Source: Actinomycetota bacterium
GTDB taxonomy: Bacteria; Actinomycetota; AC-67
Assembly: GCA_044866075.1 (NCBI GenBank)
Contig: JBIOTQ010000001.1
Coordinates: forward strand, 1-58,139
Direction of reading: 5' to 3'
DNA: 58,139 nucleotides
The translations under genes were made by a program, and so were the position numbers. The notes beneath the pieces were generated by a model. It had not been told where the DNA came from. It did not search any database and worked only from the letters and a program-made list of their open reading frames with translations. Below, piece after piece: positions 53,253 to 58,139 of this stretch. Every line of letters starts with the position of its first letter. The stretch's first letter is position 1.

Positions 53253-55628
53253 ATGGAGGATTGGGTCGCGGCCCTCAAGGAGTACGCCCGCACCGCTCTG
53301 CGGCCCGTCGACGGAGGCGTCGAGCTGGCCGGGCCCGACGCGGAGATCGAGATCCTGACCGATCGCTGGGGCGTGCCCCACGTCTTCGCGACGAGCGCCG
53401 CGGACCTCTACTTCGCGCAGGGCTACCTGCACGCCGCCGAGCGTCTGTGGCAGCTCGACTTCACGCGGCGCGCCGCGCAAGGCCGTCTCGCCGAGCTCGT
53501 CGGCGAGCCCGGCCTGCCGCTCGATCGGTTCTTCCGTACGCTCGGCTTGGGTCGCATCGCAAAGAAGAAAGCGAAGGACTTCGACGATGAATCGCGCGCC
53601 GTCGCGCGGAGCTATCTCGCGGGCATCCAGGCGGCGCTGACGACGCTCCCTCCACCGACCGAGTATCAGCTCCTCGGTGCGACGCCGGAGTTCCCCGACT
53701 CGCTCGACGAATCGATCGTCGACGGCATCTCCATCTCGTTGATGATGTCGTTCCAGCTCTCGGCGAACTGGCAGTTCGAGCTGCTGCGCGCCGAGCTCGC
53801 CGCGCACCTGGGCCCCGAACGCGCGCGCGAGCTCTCGCCGCTGATCGGGCCGGAGGCACCGAACGTCGCGGTGTCGTCGCCCGGCTTCCCCAACGTGTCC
53901 CAGCAGTTCCGCGACGCGGCGTACGGCGCGGGGATCCGGCGCGGCATGGGATCGAACAACTGGGTCGTAGCCGGATCCAGGACGACGACGGGAATGCCGC
54001 TGCTGGCGAACGATCCGCACCTGATGGTGCAGATGCCGGCGATCTGGATGGAGATGCACCTCGCGTCGCCCGACATCGAGGTCGCCGGCGTGTCGCTGCC
54101 CGGCCTCCCCGGGATCACGATCGGGCACAACCGCCGGATCGCGTGGGGATACACCAACACCCAGTCGGACGTGGCCGACTGCTACGTCGAAAGGCTGTCC
54201 CTGGACGGGAAGCAGTACGAGTTCAAAGGGAAATGGCACAAGGTCCGCACGATCCGCGAGAAGATCTACGTGCGCGGCGAGAAGAAGCCGCGGATCCACG
54301 AGGTCCGCGAGACGCGCCACGGCCCGCTCATCACGGCGACGATCGCCGGCGGCACGCAGCCGGAGGTCGTGGAGGGTCGCATCACCGAGACCGTCGCGCT
54401 GCGTTGGATCCAGACGGACCTCACGATCTCGCAACGTCCTGTGATGATGCTGAACCGGGCCTCGAACTGGGAGGAGTTCCGCGCCGCCGCGCGCGAGTGG
54501 CCGATCGCCGGACAGAACATGGTGTACGCGGACGTCGACGGAAATATCGGCTACCAGTTCACCGGCACCGTGCCGATCCGCGCGAAAGGCTCCGGCGTCG
54601 CGCCGGTGCCGGGCTGGACCGGCGAGTACGAGTGGAAAGGCACGATTCCCTTCGACGACCTGCCGCACACCTTCAACCCCGCGCCGGGCTTCGTCGCGAC
54701 GGCCAACCACCGCCTCGTCGACGTCGATTACCCGTACCACCTCACGCACGACTGGGAGATGCCGCACCGCGCGCGGCGCATCGTCGCGCTGCTGACGGCG
54801 AAGGAGAAACTCGACCACGAGGACTTCAAGGCGATCCACATGGACACGTTTTCGGGGATCGCGGCCGAGCTCGTGCCCCTGTTCCTCCAGGCGGAGATCG
54901 CCGGCGAGCGCGAGACGGAAGCGATCAAGCACGTCGAGACCTGGAACCTACGCCTCGACGTCGAGGAGATCGGTGCGGCGATCTTCAACGCCTGGTTCGC
55001 CCGCGTCGCCGAGGCGATGTTCGCCGAGCGCCTCGGGCCACAGCTCTACGAGGAGTACTTCCCGCGCAAGTCGTGGACGACGAACTGGGCGTACGACGCA
55101 GTCCGGAACATCCTCGAAGCGCCGCAAGCGTTCTGGGTCGGCGGCGACGGAGCCGACAACGCCGCCCAACGAGACCGGCTCGTCGGACAGGCCCTGACGG
55201 CCGCGATAGCGGACCTCGAAGCGCGCCTCGGACCGGACATGACCGAGTGGCGCTGGGGCCGTCTGCACCGCGTCCACTTCAAGCACATCCTGGCCGGTCC
55301 GATCCCGCCGCTCGACGAGCTGTTCTCGGCCGGTCCGTTCGAGGTCGGCGGCGGCGACGACACCGTCAACCGCGGCGTCCTCCACCCGTCGGAGGGGTTC
55401 GCCGACGGCGCGATCGCCTCCTGGCGGCAGATCCTCGACCTCGGAGACTTCGACCGCTCGCTCGGTGTGATCACGACCGGGAACTCGGGGAACCCCGCGA
55501 GCCCGCACTTCGCCGATCAGGCGCCGATGTGGGCGACCGGCGAATACCACCCGCTGCCCTTCACGCGCGCGGCCGTCGAGGCCGCGGCGGAAGGGACGCT
55601 CGTGATCACCCCAGCGCCGGCCGGTTGA
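53253..55628 (+). CDS. Penicillin acylase family (Ntn-hydrolase) protein
   Basis: D.WGVPH, AQGY.HA..RLWQ, GSNNWVV and LLANDPHL. Confidence 0.93.
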   Translation: MEDWVAALKEYARTALRPVDGGVELAGPDAEIEILTDRWGVPHVFATSAADLYFAQGYLHAAERLWQLDFTRRAAQGRLAELVGEPGLPLDRFFRTLGLGRIAKKKAKDFDDESRAVARSYLAGIQAALTTLPPPTEYQLLGATPEFPDSLDESIVDGISISLMMSFQLSANWQFELLRAELAAHLGPERARELSPLIGPEAPNVAVSSPGFPNVSQQFRDAAYGAGIRRGMGSNNWVVAGSRTTTGMPLLANDPHLMVQMPAIWMEMHLASPDIEVAGVSLPGLPGITIGHNRRIAWGYTNTQSDVADCYVERLSLDGKQYEFKGKWHKVRTIREKIYVRGEKKPRIHEVRETRHGPLITATIAGGTQPEVVEGRITETVALRWIQTDLTISQRPVMMLNRASNWEEFRAAAREWPIAGQNMVYADVDGNIGYQFTGTVPIRAKGSGVAPVPGWTGEYEWKGTIPFDDLPHTFNPAPGFVATANHRLVDVDYPYHLTHDWEMPHRARRIVALLTAKEKLDHEDFKAIHMDTFSGIAAELVPLFLQAEIAGERETEAIKHVETWNLRLDVEEIGAAIFNAWFARVAEAMFAERLGPQLYEEYFPRKSWTTNWAYDAVRNILEAPQAFWVGGDGADNAAQRDRLVGQALTAAIADLEARLGPDMTEWRWGRLHRVHFKHILAGPIPPLDELFSAGPFEVGGGDDTVNRGVLHPSEGFADGAIASWRQILDLGDFDRSLGVITTGNSGNPASPHFADQAPMWATGEYHPLPFTRAAVEAAAEGTLVITPAPAG

Positions 55629-55743
55629 CGAACGTCCGGTCGAGCCAAGGGAACACGTAGTACCAGAGGATCGCGGCGTACCCCAGCGTCGTGACGAGGT
55701 AGATCGCGAACCGCGGCAATCGCTTGCTCGGCAGCAGCCTCAT
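55606..55743 (-). CDS. Small membrane protein downstream of the sortase
   Basis: 45 aa, single TM ending VFPWL; start overlaps the sortase stop. Confidence 0.6.
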   Translation of the reverse strand: MRLLPSKRLPRFAIYLVTTLGYAAILWYYVFPWLDRTFVNRPALG

Positions 55744-56372
55744 GTTTGCCTCGCAACCGTCTTGACGAGATCGGTGAAGATGATGAGCCGATCTCGCGCG
55801 GTGAACTTCGGGGTGCAGGTCGTCAGCACGAGTTGTTCCTTCGCCGTCGATCGCGGGTTCCCGTCGAGCACCTCGGAGTGGGACGGCGTCACGATCGTCG
55901 TGTCCGTAACGCGGTACGTGTAGGTCGCCTTCGTCGTCTCGACGATCACCTCGTCGCCCCGGCCGAGCTTGTCGAGGTTGAAGAACGGAGCGCTCCATCC
56001 CGTTCGGTGCCCGGCGACGCCGACCGCGCCGCCCTCGCCGAACAGGTTTGTCTGCGGGTAGTGACCGGGTCCGTACGAGAGGTCGTCGAGCGTGACGCCC
56101 TCGACGACGATGACGTTGACGCTGATCGACGGGATCTTGAGCCGCGCAAGCGCGCGCACCTGTCCGCTCTTCGAGCGGCCCAACCCCAGTCCACTCGTGA
56201 ACTCAGGCCCCAGCGACCTCGGTTGCGCCAGCTCGGCGGCGAATTCGCGCTGCAGCTGCGACTGATGCCCCTTCGTGATCGCACTCGTGCCGACGAGCTC
56301 GTAGAGGACGAAGAACAGGATCGACAAGCCGAGGAAGATGAAGATGCTGCCGGTCGCGCGGAGGATCTTCAT
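55740..56372 (-). CDS. srtE: Class E sortase
   Basis: GPGHY, AGHRT, LTTCTP and catalytic R. Confidence 0.88.
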   Translation of the reverse strand: MKILRATGSIFIFLGLSILFFVLYELVGTSAITKGHQSQLQREFAAELAQPRSLGPEFTSGLGLGRSKSGQVRALARLKIPSISVNVIVVEGVTLDDLSYGPGHYPQTNLFGEGGAVGVAGHRTGWSAPFFNLDKLGRGDEVIVETTKATYTYRVTDTTIVTPSHSEVLDGNPRSTAKEQLVLTTCTPKFTARDRLIIFTDLVKTVARQT

Positions 56373-57085
56373 GCGGGCTTCGCGATACTCATCGTCGTGA
56401 CGCCGCGGAACGCTGGGAGGACGAGCGCGGGCGATCGGGCGACGCGGAAACCGAGCCGGAACTCCTGGGCTACCGAGCGGAAATCGGCGACCTCCTCGGA
56501 CAGACCAAGGCCCTCGTCCAGCGAGGCGGGCTCCCCGAGTGCGCTCACGCGGTAGGGCGGCGCGTACACCGAGCCGTGCAGCAGAAGCGTGTTGCCGACG
56601 CACCGCACCGCCGAGCGCGACGTGATCCGCTCGCCGTTGATCGCGATGGCTTCCGCGCCGGCCGCCCACAGCGCGTTGACGACCGCCTGCAAGTCTTGCT
56701 CGTGGATGACCAGATCATTGGGGTCGCCGGTCGGGGATTCGCGCAGCGTTGAATCCGAAAGCTCGACGACAAGGCCCGGCCCGTGCAGGGCGCGAAGCCC
56801 GGCGGCGGGCGCCAGCGCCTCCCTCTGCCGCGTGAGTCCGGCGAGCGAGCGCTGCCGCGCGGTGCCACCGGTGGCGAGGGCGTCGAGATCCGCCTGAAGG
56901 TTCGCCAGCTCGGCGCGCAGCCGGCGGGTCCGATCGTCCTCCCGCCGGATCAGGTCTACCAGCCGGGCCCGGCGCGACAGCCGCGGCACGCCCGGATCCT
57001 TCGAGGTCGTCACGATGCCGAACCCCACGAGGGCGAGGACGATTGCCAGCAGATAGCGGAAGACTGGGGACGGTGCGGATGCCAC
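56369..57085 (-). CDS. DUF881-family protein
   Basis: GPG..V.L.D, IHEQDLQAVVNALW.AGAEA and CVGNT. Confidence 0.9.
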   Translation of the reverse strand: MASAPSPVFRYLLAIVLALVGFGIVTTSKDPGVPRLSRRARLVDLIRREDDRTRRLRAELANLQADLDALATGGTARQRSLAGLTRQREALAPAAGLRALHGPGLVVELSDSTLRESPTGDPNDLVIHEQDLQAVVNALWAAGAEAIAINGERITSRSAVRCVGNTLLLHGSVYAPPYRVSALGEPASLDEGLGLSEEVADFRSVAQEFRLGFRVARSPALVLPAFRGVTTMSIAKPA

Positions 57086-57210
57086 GCGGTCACCGAGCGC
57101 TCATGGAGGGCGCGTAATATATATCTCAGGATCAACGGTCGCCGTGACCAGCGAGAAGGTGCGATCGTTTCCTCCAAGAGCACAGAAGAAGCCGAACCGG
57201 AGTGACGTCG

Positions 57211-57468
57211 ATGCCAGTTTCCAAATCGAAGCGCAGCCGCTACCAGCCGCCCGCGAAGCCAAAACCGAAGCCGTCGCCGCGCTGGATCCCGGTCGTCGTG
57301 CTCGTCCTTATATCGCTCGGAGTGGTCGACCTGGTGCTTTACTACCTCGCCGGTACGACGGCGGGCAGCGGGCTGTTCGGGTTCCTGACCCGCTGGAACT
57401 CCTGGCCGATGATCTCGGGATTCGTGTTCATCGCCGCTGGCTTCGGCCTGGCGACGCAGTGGCGTTAG
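57211..57468 (+). CDS. crgA: Cell division protein CrgA
   Basis: MP.SKSKR, SP.W, two TM segments, WN...GF...G....TQWR; divergent from DUF881. Confidence 0.85.
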   Translation: MPVSKSKRSRYQPPAKPKPKPSPRWIPVVVLVLISLGVVDLVLYYLAGTTAGSGLFGFLTRWNSWPMISGFVFIAAGFGLATQWR

Positions 57469-57515
57469 GTCCCATTCCAGGGGCGTAATTACACCGACGT
57501 AATTTCTCCCCAACA

Positions 57516-57536
57516 TGTGGATGGAGCTGTGGATAT
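57516..57536. promoter_or_regulatory. Pair of DnaA-box-like sequences
   Basis: TGTGGATGG and TGTGGATAT, 3 nt apart, versus consensus TGTGGATAA. Confidence 0.4.
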
Positions 57537-57783
57537 GCCTGTCTTCGGATACAAGTGCACCGCCTGCGGCGCCCGCGAGGACCAGATCGTCCTCCCGGGC
57601 GAAGAGCCGCGACCAACCTGTGCCGCCTGCGGAGGGACACTCAAGCGCACCTGGGGCGGCCGCCTACATGTCTCTCTCGAGGGCTGGGGCTTCAGCAAGA
57701 CCGACAGCTACCTACCCGATAACCGCCCCCGCCGCGACTTCAAAACCCTCAAAGAACGCGCCGAGCGCATCACCGACGAGTAG
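57535..57783 (+). CDS. FmdB-family zinc-ribbon protein
   Basis: MP.F.Y.CTACG...CAACGG and G.GF..TD. Confidence 0.8.
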   Translation: MPVFGYKCTACGAREDQIVLPGEEPRPTCAACGGTLKRTWGGRLHVSLEGWGFSKTDSYLPDNRPRRDFKTLKERAERITDE

Positions 57784-58056
57784 CTACCCCCGCAAGATCT
57801 CCTCGCGCCGCGTCATCGGCTCCCCGCAATGCCGCGGCGGCGCCTCACTCCCCACCCGCAGCAGCAGAACCTCCATCCCGCAGTTCTCGCACCAGTAGAG
57901 GATCCGCACCCCTTCCGGCAGCGGCTTCGGCACCTCGAGCGGCGCCGGCGACGCCGCCATGCCGGTCCCACGCCGCGGCATCGCGAACCCCCGCAACACG
58001 CCTAGTCCCAGGAAGAGGATCACCAGGCCGATGATGATCGCGACGACAACGCGCAT
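57784..58056 (-). CDS. Membrane-anchored small protein with a desulforedoxin-like metal motif
   Basis: N-terminal TM; CENCG...HCGEPM. Confidence 0.65.
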   Translation of the reverse strand: MRVVVAIIIGLVILFLGLGVLRGFAMPRRGTGMAASPAPLEVPKPLPEGVRILYWCENCGMEVLLLRVGSEAPPRHCGEPMTRREEILRG

Positions 58057-58139
58057 AGTCCTGTCTTTCGCGCAACCTTCTCGGAAACGGGAGGGTCCGG
58101 GTACCCGACCGACACCTTAAGGCTTGCGGTTGAGGGCGG

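Noticed and set aside
58057-58139. Possible structured RNA at the right edge
   Set aside because: Truncated by the window and no family recognised; needs an Rfam search with flanking sequence

Overview
High-GC actinobacterial (Actinomycetota-type) chromosomal window. The right half is largely core genome. It holds serS-pheA, larBC, tRNA-Leu(CAG), the fhaA-fhaB-pstP-rodA-pbpA-pknA-pknB cluster, trpG/pabA and srtE-DUF881-crgA, a set that usually lies near oriC. The left half is accessory. It holds a sulfur-handling cluster (MBL-rhodanese, MFS, DsrE, TusA, DUF4242) with a divergent SARP/BTAD regulator, plus three class III cyclase-STAND-TPR genes and tRNA-Arg(ACG), tRNA-Ser(GCT) and tRNA-Ser(TGA). 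The most notable structure lies downstream of tRNA-Arg(ACG). The 44-bp 3' half of the tRNA recurs at 15012-15055 (exact) and 11274-11317 (3 mismatches). These copies delimit two small tandem cassettes (3318 bp, and 2687 bp once the IS is removed) that carry no integrase. Both att-like junctions continue into a shared non-tRNA motif, and an IS481 sits precisely at one junction with a 15-bp near-duplication. Other highlights are a probable CTG start for fhaA, a canonical 11-bp SARP repeat, an orphan SdhA-like flavoprotein with a coupled upstream ORF, a catalytically degenerate alpha/beta hydrolase, and an acyl-CoA ligase with a histone-like tail. All calls come from motif recognition by eye; no searches were run.
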